Assembly (NCBI GenBank): GCA_013239625.1 | Contig: MU054338.1 | Location: 2,156,968-2,220,967 of the forward strand | DNA: 64,000 nucleotides | Direction: 5' to 3' | Source: Lama guanicoe | Lineage: Eukaryota | Shown: piece after piece, positions 14,550 to 26,865 of the stretch | Numbering within the stretch: position 1 is the first letter of the stretch | Layout: each line of letters starts with the position of its first letter | Program-made: the position numbers and the translations under genes | The notes under the pieces: generated by a model | Told to the model about the DNA's origin: nothing | Databases searched by the model: none | What the model saw: only the letters and a program-made list of their open reading frames with translations

Positions 14550-15045
14550 TGGTGCCTTAAAAAGGAAGGAGATTCTGGCTCCTGCTACAACGTGGATGAA
14601 CGTTGAGGGCATGATGCTCAGTGAGAGAAGCCAGACACAGAAGGATGAATACTGTCTCATCCGAGGTCCCTAGAGGTGTCAGATTCATAGAGACAAAAAG
14701 TAGATGGTGGGGCCGGGGCTGGGGGAGGGGCTGGGGAGTGAGTGTTTCAGGGGGAGTTTCAGTTTGGGAAGATGAGAAAGTTCTGGAGATGATGGTGGAG
14801 ATGATTACACAAAAATATGAATGTGCTTAATGCCACTGAGCTGTGCACTTAGAAACGGTTCAGGTGGTTGTAGGGGGAGGGTGTAGCTCAGTGTTAGAGC
14901 GCGTGCTTAGCATGCACCAGGTGCCGGGTTCAATCCCCAGCACCTCCGCTAAAACAAAAACCAAAAAAGCAGACCCATGGGAATCAAAAATGGTTAAAAT
15001 GGTTAATTTTGTGTTATTGATATCTTACCAGAATTTTAAAAATTA
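14550..15045 (+). mobile_element. L1M (L1MB-like) 3' fragment interrupted by the SINE
   Basis: tgctacaacgtggatgaac...cagtgagagaagccagacacag...gaatgtgcttaatgccactg...aaaatggttaaaatggt. Confidence 0.8.
14873..14968 (+). mobile_element. tRNA-Ala(AGC)-derived SINE, Vic-1-like (camelid)
   Basis: ggggagggtgtagctcagtgttagagcgcgtgcttagcatgcac...ggttcaatccccagcacctcc with Pol III A/B boxes and an A-rich tail; inserted in an L1 fragment. Confidence 0.85.
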
Positions 15046-16084
15046 CTTGTTGTTAATAACAATGAGTAATAATACATTCTCTATTATAATGCAACAATAA
15101 ATAGTAAAAATAATTATCAGTGCTAGTAATGTAATAATAGTTGTTATTATCACCACCATTATGATCGGGGTTCTAGTCCCAGCGCTGCCCTCTGGCCAGC
15201 TGGGCAGCCTTGGGCAAGGCAGTGCTCATCTGGGCTTCTGTTTCTTCATCTGCAAAGCGAGCACGGGGCTGTCCAGCGATGGAAGTTCAGACAGTATCTG
15301 TGAGAAAGAGACCTCTTAGCATGTGATGCAAAAGCTCACAAATTGTGGGAGTTCTTTCGTGAGTCGCCCCCCACACCCGCAGACATCCCTGCACAGGTGC
15401 CCATGTGCACGTCTGCAAGACGGGCCCAGGAGGTCCCTGAGGACCCGAGAGGTGCCTGGGTCCACGCCGGCAGGGCCGGCCTCTGCGGAACCCGCAGGAG
15501 CGGGAGGCCTCGTGATGCACCTGTGGCGGCCACCCTGGCGTGGCGGGACTGCAGTTGCCACCCTGGCCCTGTGCCTGGGGAGCCAAGGGGAGGCCGAGGG
15601 CAGCTAGGGACATCTCTGCACACCCCCCCCGCCCAGACAGCTGCCAGGCCAGCCCCTCTCCCTCCAGCTGGGTGTGGGCAGGAAGTCACAGATGGCCAGA
15701 GCTGGTGAGGGATGAGGAGGGGGCATGTGGGAACACTGGACATCTTGTCCTGATCAGGAAACTGAGGCCCAGAGAGGGGCAGGGCATTGCCCAGGGGGGC
15801 CCAGTAAAGACCCTTTCTCTGGTGCATTCTGTCCCACCTTCTGTTCCAGGCTGACTAGGATGGGTGTCAGGACAGGAAAGGGGGGGCCCTGGTACCTGGG
15901 TAAATGATTTGCACGTGGGAAAGGGGTTTCAAGGCTGGAGGGGGGTTCTAGAATGCCAGAGCTGAGGTGGCCTCTGGACCCTCTAGGGAACAAGTTCTGG
16001 AAGTCTCAAGGCCTGATTCTAGACTCTTCAGAGCTGAGCTCCTCCCCCTCCGATGGCTCTAGAAGCCTCCCTGGTGGGCAGAGC

Positions 16085-16398
16085 AGCCCAGCCCAGAAGA
16101 AACACAACATGCCCCACACAGATAACCTAATACTTTTCTGGTGCCCACACTTAAAAGTGTAAACATCCAGGGGAAATTCATTGTAACAACCTATTCTGTG
16201 TGACCCAGGACATCCAAAATATCGTCATTCATTTCAACACATAATCAGTATGAAAAAGTCACTGAGATGTTGCACATTCTTTTTTTGTCCCGCGTCTTGG
16301 AGAGTCAATGTGTATTCCACAGTCGTGTCACAGTTTGGACCAGCCGCATTTCAGGCGCTCCGTGCCACACGTGGCCAATGGCCGCCGTATCAGCTCTA
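16085..16398. mobile_element. MER33-like hAT DNA transposon
   Basis: atccaaaatatcgtcatt...tttcaacacataatca...gccacacgtggccaatggccgccgtat. Confidence 0.6.
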
Positions 16399-19389
16399 GA
16401 GGATCTGAGTTCTAGAGAATTCCAAGGCAGATCTCAAATTGCCCGAGCGGGGCTGTGGATCCAGAGTTTCCCGGGTTGGGGTCCTGTTGTCTAGAAGCAA
16501 GGCCCAGGACTTTTTACTCTGGGCTTTTGCTTACCTGCGGACAAGCTCTGAATTCCCCTGCCCTGGGCTGTGGCATTCTGTAAGGCAAGCGTTTACAGCG
16601 TCTGGGCGCAACCTCAGACCCCCAAAGTGGGGTTCTCAAGAATGTGAGGGCCGAGTCTAAGACTCCCAACTCGATCATCAGTCACCCAGTCAAGTATTGG
16701 CTTCAGCAATAGCCAAGAAACCCTGAAGTGTATCCCTGACCACTGACAGCAGTTTCCGGAATGCCACGTGTTGGGTTTTTGCACACCCAGGGGCAGAATC
16801 TAGAATTTTCTCCAGCTGAGTTCTAGAGCAGGTTCTAGTATTCTCTGAGTCAGGGATCCGGAATGTTCAAAAAGTTCAGCCTAGTAAGCCTGTCCTCAGA
16901 CACTGGGTGACTGAGCAGAATGTTCCAGAAAAGATGCCTGCAGAGGGGGAAGGAGGTGGACTTTCACTTCTCTGAGACTCCTTCCAGCCTGACTGAGGCT
17001 GGGGCTGCCTGTGTGGGGGCAGCAGACGGACGGGGGCCCCGTGGTGGGGTAAGGCATTCAGGAGCAGTTTGTGGGGGGTACGTAACTGTGAGAACCTGAG
17101 ACCAGGTGGGCCCGGGAGTAAGAATGAAAAGTTCATGTAATCGCCAGTCAGTGTGTGTGGGGACACAGGACCCTGGCTGTGTTCCCAGAGGCTGTTGTGG
17201 GGCTGTTGTGGGGACAGGGCACTTAGTAGGCCCTCAGTGGAAGGCAGTGGCTGTCGTTGGTGACTGTGACATCTGGCAGGAGGCTGGGGTTGTCTGTGTG
17301 TTTGGGGGAACCGCAGGCAGACTGAGGACTTAGTAAATTAAATCCTCAGTAAGTATCAGAAATTATTAGCACCATTTCACTTCACCTTAATCCCGCAAAG
17401 GCAGGAATTATCATGAACTGCATTTAACACATGGGAAAATTGAGGCCCAGAGAGGTTAACCCACTGAGCCGAGAATGCACAGCTAAGAGGTAGAGCAGGA
17501 TTCAAACCCAGAATGTTCCAGGATCCTTCCTTTGGGCCTGGAAGATTTTGGTGCTAGTGATCAGGCACCAGGCTTAGCTGGATCAAGGAGGAGCACCTTT
17601 GGGGGCTGCGGCCTGGCTCCGGGGAAGACTAGCTTCAAACTCTCTACCTGGGGGAGCCAGGAGGGGCGAGATGCAGCCAAGGTCACGTGTCTCCCTTTCA
17701 GTCTCGGTCCCTGGGTCTCTGTCTCCATCTCTTTGTCTCTCCAGCCCCAGTCTCTCCAGGTCTTGGCCAGTCTCCTCCCCTCACCACCCCAGGCCAGCCC
17801 ATGGGCTGCCCGGAGGCGGAGGTGGCAGCAGCAGCTGAATGGGCCCCTTGTTCCTGACCACACCCGCCCCTTGGGGTCACCCCGGGACAAGCCCTGACAG
17901 CCTGCTGCCTTAAAGGGCCAGTGCCCAGACAGAAGGGGAAGGAGAGAGGCTGCCTCGCTCCCAAGCTCCACCCACCAACTTCCCAAGAATGGGGGTACTG
18001 AAGTGCATGCATTAGGGGTGGGGGAGCACCGCACCAGGACACCCTCACCCCATGTGGTCAGACAGTGGCCCTGGGACTGGGGAAGCCAGTGTGTGTGTGG
18101 TGGGGCTTGGGTTTGATCGCTCAGCCTCTGCTTCCGATCTGTATCTGGAGCTCCTTGTGTCCACCCCGGGGTGGGGCGAGGAGGTGGGCACTGGGCAGAT
18201 GGAATCGTCTCCAGGCCAGGATTTGGTACACGGCTGGCGCTCTTTCATGCCCACTGTGCAGTTATGTAGCACCTGCTGCCTTGGCATGTCTCTGTTTCTC
18301 AAATGTAGAACGAGGCGGGTCAGCTAATAGAATTAAAAGGGTTTCAGAGTTTAAGTAAGGTTGTATTTATTGAGCGCCAGGTGCATACCAGGCCATACTG
18401 AGAAAGGTCCTGTTCACAGCCTCGTTTTACAGAGGAGCTGAGAGGTAAGGCCATGGCTGAGACCACGTAGTCCAGATTTCACCCCGCTCTGCCCTCTCCA
18501 CCCTCTGCTGGGCTCTGTGAAGCTGTTGACTGCTCGCTTGCCCTCTCTGGACTTCAGTTTCCCTTCAGAGCAACGGGAACGGTCCCCGTCCACTTCCAGA
18601 CAAGAAGCCTTTCACTTTTCCTGCCCAGAGAATTCTGTGGCTGGGAGTCCCAGGCATCGCCCAGATGGGAGCCAATCTAGAGGGCCTCGAACCAGGCTGC
18701 ACCCGGTGGCCACTCTGGCTGGCCTTAGTGCTCCTGTGCCCAGGGCCGGCCCTGCAGACAGCCTGGGACAGGTTGCTGCCGGATGGACAAGCCTGTTCCC
18801 TGCTTCCTTATGTAACCAGGTTATGCAAGGGCAGCTGGCCTGCTTACATAAGGGGAGGCTGGGCCAGCGCCCAGCTGGGGAGGGGGAGGCTCTTAAAGGG
18901 GCTGGTATCCCCCGAGTGTCCCCTCCAGGGGCCTGTGCCAACCCGCGGAGGGGAGACATAAACTCTGGCCGACTCTGCACTCATCAGCATCACCATTGGC
19001 ATCATTATTATTACTGCTGTTGATGTTGTTTATTGTCACTCTGTTCTTTCCCAGGGACTGTGGGTCACCTGCACTGGGCACAGTGCCCACTTCACTTCTG
19101 ACCCTCTGCTAGCCCCATGTCTCCCTGAGCCCCAGTTTCCCCATCTAGGAAAGGCGGGGTGCCAGTAAAGGAAGGCACTGGGGCGTAATGGGGGTGCTGG
19201 CCCTGCCACCAGCTGACTGTGTGACCTCAGGCAAATGGTGACCCTCTCTGGGACTCGGTTTCCCCATCTGTGAAACATACTTGCCTCGTGGGGTGGCTGA
19301 GGGGGAAGTGAGTTAAGACACGCAAAGGATTAGGACAGTACCGAGCATGCACAACACTTAGCGCTCAGCCAGTGCAACTGCTTGGCAGC

Positions 19390-19970
19390 CCATGAATATT
19401 TATTAAGTGCTTACTGTGTGCCAAGCACTGTTGTAGGTCCTGGGGACACCACTGTGAACAAGACAGACAAAAATCCAGGCTTCATGGGGCTCACAGTCTT
19501 GTGGGGGAAGCGGACAAAAACAAATTCATGATAAGGGCTGTTGGGGAAAATAAAGGAAGGCAAGGAATAAAGAGTGATGGGCTATTTGGGGAGGGTCTGT
19601 CTGAGGACTTGACATGAGAGCTGAGACCTGAGGTGTGAAGCAGAACCAGCTGTATGAAGAACTGGGGACAGGGCATCCTAGGCAGAGGGTACAGCCTGTG
19701 CAAAGGCCCTGGGGCAGGACTGTGCCTGGCTTGTTGGAGGAACTGCCAGGAGGCCTGTGTGGCTGGGGCAGAGGGAGTGAGGGGGAGAGGGATTGGGGAA
19801 GGCAGGGAGGGGACGAGGCAGGTTGTACAGGGCCTCGTGGGCCTCAGGGAGGACGTGGGCTTTTACCTGAGGGAGGTGAGAGCCCTGGAGGGCTGTGGGC
19901 AGAGGAGGGCGGGGCCTGACTCAGGTGCTCATGGGCGCCCTCTGGCCACTGCACAGAGGACAGGCTGTGG
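19390..19970 (-). mobile_element. L2 3' fragment
   Basis: aatatttattaagtgcttactgtgtgccaagcactg...acagcctgtgcaaaggccctggggcagg. Confidence 0.8.
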
Positions 19971-22299
19971 GGGCGGGGCGGAGTTGAGAGCCCTGGGCTG
20001 AGGCCACTACACTGATTCAGGAGAGCATGGTGGGGGCCGGCCAGGCAGAAGCAGGTGCAGGGAAAGGAGGGGCAGGTGAGGGCAGGGCCCCCAGACACGT
20101 CCAGGGCTTCTCCTGGAGTCAGGATGCTGTTTGCCAGCAAGCTAGGGTAGCGCTCTGGTGCCCCGGGGGCTCTGAGCAGGCTGTGCAAGTGACTGCCAGG
20201 TGCCCAGCCCCAGGTACGCTGTTCCACCTGCACGGCTGCACTGTTCTGTTTTTTATTCCCGTCCTGCTTGGGTGAGCCTGGGCCGGCACCTGCACCACCC
20301 TGAGCCTCAGTTTCCTGGTCTGTGAAATGGGAGTGATTGTAACTGCTCAGTAGGTTCTGGGAGCACCAGCACACAGTAGCTACCAGTTCAGTGATTAGCA
20401 GCAATAATTCAGGAGGCTTGGGTGGGAGGGTGTCCCCCGGCATGGGAAGCAGGGATGTGGGAACCCAGAATATTCACTGAGATGGACCACGGGGCAACTA
20501 ATTACTCCCCCTGTCTGAGCCCCTGTTTTGTCCCTGTAAAATGGGGCCACAGCCACAGCCACAGAATCCCCGTGGGGCCTGGCCAAATGCCAGCACAGGA
20601 AGGTGTCTAGCCTGTTATTATGCTGTCCCAGCCCCGTGTTACACCCAGGGCAGTGGAGCCCCAGAGAGGGCTTAGCCTGGAGTCACACGGCCAGTGGGCA
20701 AAGAGATGCCCCTGGAACAGATGACCTAGCTCCAAGCCACTCTTGAGTGCCTCAGTTTCCAAATCCATGAAAATGGGCACACTGCTGGGGTCACTAGGAA
20801 TTACTAGACACCTAGGAAGAGGCTGTAAGGGTTTATCTGGCCAGCCTGAGATTCTGCTTGGACACCTTCCTCCTAGGGTACTGGGGTGACACGTGGGGAG
20901 TGGTCTTTGGTCTCCACCCCTACCCAGTTCCCCTCAGGTGCTGGCAGAGGAGGAGAGAGCAGATTCCTGGAGGCTCCTGGGTTAGCTGGGGCCATTCTGG
21001 CCAAGGAGGGGCAGTAGTAGCCAAGCCCCTCTGCCTGGGAACTGCAGCCCTGTCTGTTGGCGGGGGGGTGGGCAGACTTGGCTTCATCTGCCCCTTAGCA
21101 GGGCTGGAACTGGACAATCCAGCCTGCCCCAGATATCTGCTGCACACCCATGGTGTGCCCACCCAGTCTCTACCAGACCCAGACACATTCAGGGAGGAAG
21201 CATGCAGTGTGGCCAAGTCTCTCTGCATGGGTTCAAGTCCTGGCTGCATTCGCTCAGCCCGATTGCCTAACCTTGAGGCCCCTCTGCCCTTCTCTGAATC
21301 TGTATGGAGCTCCTAGGATTGTATGTAGCTCCTGGCACTCAATAAATGTAAGTCGTGATTATTATTATTTTCATGCACTATTCTCTCTTTCCAAAAGCCC
21401 ATTCTGTGCATGGCAAACTCCTACTCAGACATCAAGGCCCCACTTGCAGTGTCCCCTCCTCCAGGATGCCCTCCTGGGCCCCCAGGCCAGATTTCTGTTA
21501 CTTTCTTGGGTTACTCCTGCCCAGAGGTCTCTCCCTCTGCTATTTTTCCCTTTTCTATTCAGGACCTGGAGCAGTAGGATGGGCTTCTCAAAAGAGGATT
21601 TCTGCTGATCCTCGAAGAACCATGGGGGCCGAGATGGGCAATGCTTTGGTGACATTCCACACCCTGCCCTGGGCCTAGTGCAGAAATCCCTTGTATCACC
21701 ACTGGCTGGGGTCTCCACCCCTAAACTTGGTCTTTCCTCCTGAATATCCCCCAGTTTTCCCAGAATTCCTCAGATTCAATCGAGAGGCATTTGTTTTGTA
21801 CCTGTTGTATGCTAGGCCCTATCAGGATTATTCCAATTATTCATGCAACAGACATATATTGGGTGCCTACTGTGTGCCAGGCTCTGCTGGAATGATCACA
21901 CTCATTTGTCTGCAAGCATCTATTGACTGCCAGCTATGTGTAAGCATTTATGCAGCACCGAATGCATGCCGGGCTCCGGGAAGAGAGGCTACAGGAAGCC
22001 AGGGGAGGAAACAAGTCTCCCACTCATCTTCCCTCCAGGCTTGGGCCCTCAAATTTCCAGCCTCCTCTTGTGTCCCAGGCAGTGGGTTAAGTTGTGGGTG
22101 CTTCACCGGGAGTGACTGAGCTCCAATCCGCTTGTCAGCTTACTGGCGTGAGACCGGGGGCGAGCCCCTTCCGGTCTCTGCCCCGCTCTGTCCATGCAGG
22201 CGCCCAGCAATCTGAGACGTTTGGCCCTCACCGTCTACCTTCCGCAGAGAAGGAAACGGCAGTTCTAATAAGCAGGATCCAGTGTTCCGTGCTGCCCCG

Positions 22300-23470
22300 A
22301 GCAAGACAGGGAGGGGGCCGCGGCTTCGCCCCGCGAGGGCAGGGCCGGCCGGAGGCTGCCCGGCTCTAGAGCCCCGGTGCCCGCCTGCCTGGCCGGCCTC
22401 CCCCGGCCCCCCCGGGGCTGCCTAGTCGGGGACACGGCCCGAGGAACATCAGGAGGGGCAGCCGGGCCGCTCGCAGCGCCCGCGCGTCGCGTGCTCGGCG
22501 GGGGCGTCCTCGGGCCCTCGCGGGCGGCTTCCGGGGCTGCGGCCCCTCCGCGGCCGCACGTGCGCGCTCCGCCCGCGGGCGCATGCGGCTCGCGGCTCCC
22601 GCCCCCGGCAGGGCTGCCAGGGAGGCAGGCCTGCCAGGGAGGCAGGCCGAGGCCTTGGCTCGGCTGCCGGCGAAGCCAGGAATTCGCTCCCAATGTAAAC
22701 AGCGAGTTATTTTAAGTCTGCCCCCTCCCCGGGTGGCGCTGACACATTTGACATTGGCGGGGACGGGGGGGCATGTGTGGGTATTTTTAACCTTGTTTTT
22801 CACGTCCGAGGTGCCACCCGGAGCCCGGGGTGTGCCGAGGGGCGGCGCGGGGCGCGGGGCGGCCTCCCCGCCCTGGCACCGACGCCCCCTCGGCCCGCGC
22901 GCCGCTGCGCCCACAAAATGGCCGCCGGGCCGGAGAAGCGTCTGGAAGCGGGCAGGCAGCGCTGAGAAGATGGCCGCCGGGGCGCTGATGTCACAGGCGG
23001 CGCGGCCGCCAGCAGAGGCCTCGGGGCCGAGCCCCGGCCTGCAGGCCTCGGCGCGGGCCCCGCGGCCCAGGGACCTGGCCGCCGGCCTCGGGCGGACGCC
23101 CCTACGGCCGCGCCGCCCTGCCCGCCGGCCCGGGGCGCCCACGAGTGCCCGGCGGGGCCCGCGGCCAGGCCGCGGAGCAGGCGGGGGCGAGAGCAGGCCG
23201 GGTGGGAAGAAAAAAGAAACTTTTCTTTGAAAGTGATTCCGAAGCAGGTTGGCTGGGGCCCAAGCGGCCGGCGGCAGGGCAGAGGGAGATGGAAAGTGTG
23301 GTCCAGACTCGAGGAACGCGGCGGGTCAGGAAGGACACGGCGGGGGAGGCCCGGGCGGGGGCCGGCGTCCAGCAGGTCGTCCTGGCCATGGCCTGCTGCC
23401 TCGCGGCCCCGACGCCTTGTCCAGATTTTCCCCGGGACCGACGAGGGCCGTGAACGTCTAGCATCTTGCA
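22300..23470. promoter_or_regulatory. Intronic CpG island (intron 2)
   Basis: About 1.2 kb of very high GC and CpG; YY1-type motifs at 22914-22926 and 22967-22978; NRF1-like GCGCATGCG 22579-22587; E-box CACGTG 22557-22562. Confidence 0.85.
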
Positions 23471-24029
23471 TTTTTCTTTTGGTCTGTCCAAACGGCCCCT
23501 GGAGGAGTGGCCCACAGGGGGTTTAGATCCTCTGTACCAAGGTGTAGGGGCTCAGAGAGGGAGAGTACTTTTGCTGAGGTCACACAGCATTGGCGAGAAT
23601 GATAGCCGGTTCGCAAGGTTGCTGGCCTTGGGGGCCCACAGTCTTGAACCTGCAAGGGCAAGAGGGGTGTCTCCAGGAAGAGTCACGTTTTGCACTGGAA
23701 TTCCTTGAAGCCCAGGGCAGTTTCAGTTCTGGTCCTCCTGCCACACTACCAGGGAAGTCCAAGTTCAGTCTAACCTGAGGCCTCCCTGTTGTGGCTCAAC
23801 CCTTGGCCCTCCTCAGGATGGCTGGGAGGAAACCTTGACCATGAACCTCGTGGGGAGGAGCTTTGTGTCTCTTCTGTTCATTGCTGTGTCCCCAGAGCCT
23901 AGGACAGGGCCTTGTACACAGCAGGTGCTCAATACATGTGTTGAATGAAGGAATCACAGTTTGTGATTGAGAACGTGAATCCCTGAACTTTCAGAGCTTC
24001 AAGCCCCAGTCCTGTGGACATCTAAGCCC

Positions 24030-24295
24030 CATTTGAGCAGAGGCCTGAATAAAACAAGAGAGGGATCCAGGCAAGTGTTTGTAGGAAAGTCATTCCAGGC
24101 AGCAGGAACAGCGTGTGTAAAGGCCCTGGGGCAGGACTGCATCAGGCCTGGTGTGTTAGAGGAACAGCAAGGAGGCCCTTGAGGCTGGAACATAGTGAGC
24201 CAGGGGGAGACAGGGAAGAAGTGAGGGCGGGAAGGGGACAGGGCAGGTTGTGCAGGGCCCTGTGGGCTGAAGGGAGGACTTGGGACTTTCATATG
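24030..24295 (-). mobile_element. L2 fragment
   Basis: cattccaggcagcaggaacagcgtgtgtaaaggccctggggcagg. Confidence 0.75.
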
Positions 24296-24959
24296 TTTAA
24301 AGACCCAGACTCAGTCCAGTGTGATTGGAATTAGGATAAAGTTTAGACCAGGGGGCAGAGGAGGGCATGCTAGCTTGGGGCTTGGAGAAATGGATGGAGT
24401 TTGCTTAAGAGCGAGAAGGGCAGGGAAGGTTCATGGCAACCATGAGGAGGGTGGAGGCCAGGGTCAGGTGTATGGCATGGCCTTCCAGGACAGCGAAATT
24501 GAACCTCGGCTGGCTGATGTTTAAAAATGGATGGTGACACCCGGGAGCTGGGAATTCCAGGGCCTGGCTTTGGTTCTCTCTCTAGCTGGCTGGTGTTGGG
24601 AGGCGGACGTGGCAGCCCGGCAGAGCCAGCTACATTTGGAAGCCCGCTAAAGTTGGAAAAGAAACCGTGCGGGCGAGCTCACCATGGCAGCGATGCTGGT
24701 CCAGCCGAGTGGGGACCCTGGACTCGCCTGCACTCGCCAGGTTTAAATGAGTGTGATTATGGTTTCAGCAGGTCCTGTCCTTTCTACATCCCAAGGATAA
24801 ATTAAGTGTGACTCCTATGTCCACCCCAGGCCGTCACCTGGGCCAGGCTGTGCTGCCCTCCAGGATGCTGGCCCACCCCTCCCCTTGGTTAACCAGACCC
24901 TGAGAGTCCAGAATTCACTCAGCAGCCAGATGTCTTTTATGTTTATGTGTGTGTGTGTG

Positions 24960-25625
24960 CACTTTACAGTGGTAAAATGTATATAATATAAAATGCACCA
25001 CCTTAACCATTTTTAAAGGCACAGTTCAGTGGTGTTAAGCACATTCACACTGTTGTGCAGCCATCCCCATCATCATCTCCAGAACTTTCTCATCTTCCCA
25101 AACTGAAACTCTGTCCCCACTAAACACTGACTCCCCAGCCCCCTCCCCCAGCTCCTGCCCCTACTGTGTACTCTCTGTCTCTGTGAATGTGACTCCTCCA
25201 GGGACTCCTGTGAGTGGAATCAGACAGTATTTATCCTTTTGTGTCTGGTTCTCTCACTGAGCATCACGTCCTCGAGGTCCATCCACATGGGAGCGGGTGT
25301 AAGAATTTCCTTCCTTTTTAAGACTGAGTGATAGTCCTTTGTAGGGATGGACCACATTTGTTTACCTGTTCATCTGTTGATGGACACTTGGGGTGTTTCC
25401 ACCTTTGGGTTTCTGTAAATCATGCTGGTGTGAACATGGGTGTGCAAGTATCTGAGCCCTGTTTTCAGTCCTTTTGGGGATATACGTAGGTGTGGAATTG
25501 CGGTCATATGGTGAGTCTATGTTTAACTTTGAGGGGCCGCCAAGCTGTTTTCCACTGCGGTCGCACCATTTTACATCTCCACCAGCCGTGCACTAGGGTT
25601 CTGATTTCTCCCACATCCTTGTAGC
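24960..25625 (-). mobile_element. L1M 3' fragment
   Basis: taaaatgcaccaccttaaccattttt...tccagaactttctcatcttcccaaactgaaact...accattttacat. Confidence 0.85.
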
Positions 25626-25649
25626 CAGAGATGTTTTAACATGCAACAT

Positions 25650-26105
25650 AGACCCAGCCATATCCTCTTCATGGCCTATGAGAATAAAACCCAACTTCCC
25701 ACACAGCCCAAGGGGCCCTGAGTGGTCTGACGTCACTCACCTTTAGTCCCGTGTTTAAGCCATGTGCTCTGTCTGGTACTCCAACATCCCATGCTTGTTC
25801 CTGCCTCAGGGCCTTTGCACTTGCCACGCCATCTGCCCTCAGCTCTCCCCACAGTTGGCTCCTTCCCATTCCTAGGTCCTCAGAGAGGTTCCACCTGACT
25901 TTTCTGTCAAAAGTCACCCCCACAGCCACTTTCTGTCCTCTCACCCAGTTTTATTGCCTCAGTGGAACTCAGGTCCACTGAAATTATCTCCGGCTCCTTC
26001 TGTTGGCTCGTTTCCTGTCTATCTCCTCTCCCTGGGCTCCCTGCTAGCTCGCCAGTGCCTGGCAAGTAGTAGGTGGTCGATGAACACCTGGGAGATGAAT
26101 GACAG
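25650..26105 (+). mobile_element. L2 3' fragment
   Basis: tcctgcctcagggcctttgcacttgc...cagtgcctggcaagtagtaggtg. Confidence 0.7.
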
Positions 26106-26559
26106 GGCGGTGCCTTGATCTCCAAATTAGGAACTGCGGGAGTCTCAGCCACTGGGATGGAAGGGGTTGTCTGGTGCAAAGAGGGTGGGTGCTCCAGGGC
26201 GGGAAGGGCTAGACCTGGGGCCACGGCGGTGCCTTTGTCATGGGCTGGGACAGACCAAATTTGGGCTCTTGGCCACGCACAGGAAAGAACAGTTTGTACG
26301 CTCAGTCAGTGGGACCCAGTGTACATTTCTATTGTTGCTACGATCATGTGTTCGAGCAAAAGGCCACGGGGTGGTGACGTTCCAACTGCCCATGAACACC
26401 CTGTGGACCTGGAAGTTGAGAGAACTGGTCCTGGGCCAAACCAGAGTGTTACTTGAAATACAGCTGCTGTCCAGGGCCAGTGCGACTTATACTGGTGTGA
26501 GTGTGGTTAGCCATGCTTCTTGCATGGTGCTGAAAGAGCCTTGTGTGTCTCTCGGAGAA

Positions 26560-26865
26560 GGGGACCTTTGAGGAAGGTCTTGGAGTGAGGGGAGAGTGTG
26601 AGCCATGTAGATCCCGAGGAATAGCGTTCCAGACAGAGGAAACAGCCTGTGCAAAGGCCCTGGGGCAGGACTGTGCCTGGTATGTTGGAGGAACAGCCAG
26701 GTGGCTGGAGCAGATTACGCAAGGAGGAGAGAGGGAGGAGGGGAGGGGAGGGCAGTGGGGGGACAGGGCAGGTCATGCAGGGCCTGGTGGGCAGCAGGGA
26801 GGACTTGGGCTTTTACCCAGAGGGAGGTGGGAGCCCTGGAGGGCTGTAGGCAGAGGAAGGACAAA
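26560..26865 (-). mobile_element. L2 fragment
   Basis: ttccagacagaggaaacagcctgtgcaaaggccctggggcagg. Confidence 0.8.

Noticed and set aside
14873..14947. Functional tRNA-Ala gene
   Set aside because: Extra 5' bases, D-loop GG changed to GT, an A-rich tail with no T-run terminator, and insertion inside an L1 all fit a SINE
22265..23515. Overlapping 130-260 aa ORFs on both strands
   Set aside because: Ala/Arg/Gly/Pro-rich products typical of stop-poor CpG-island DNA
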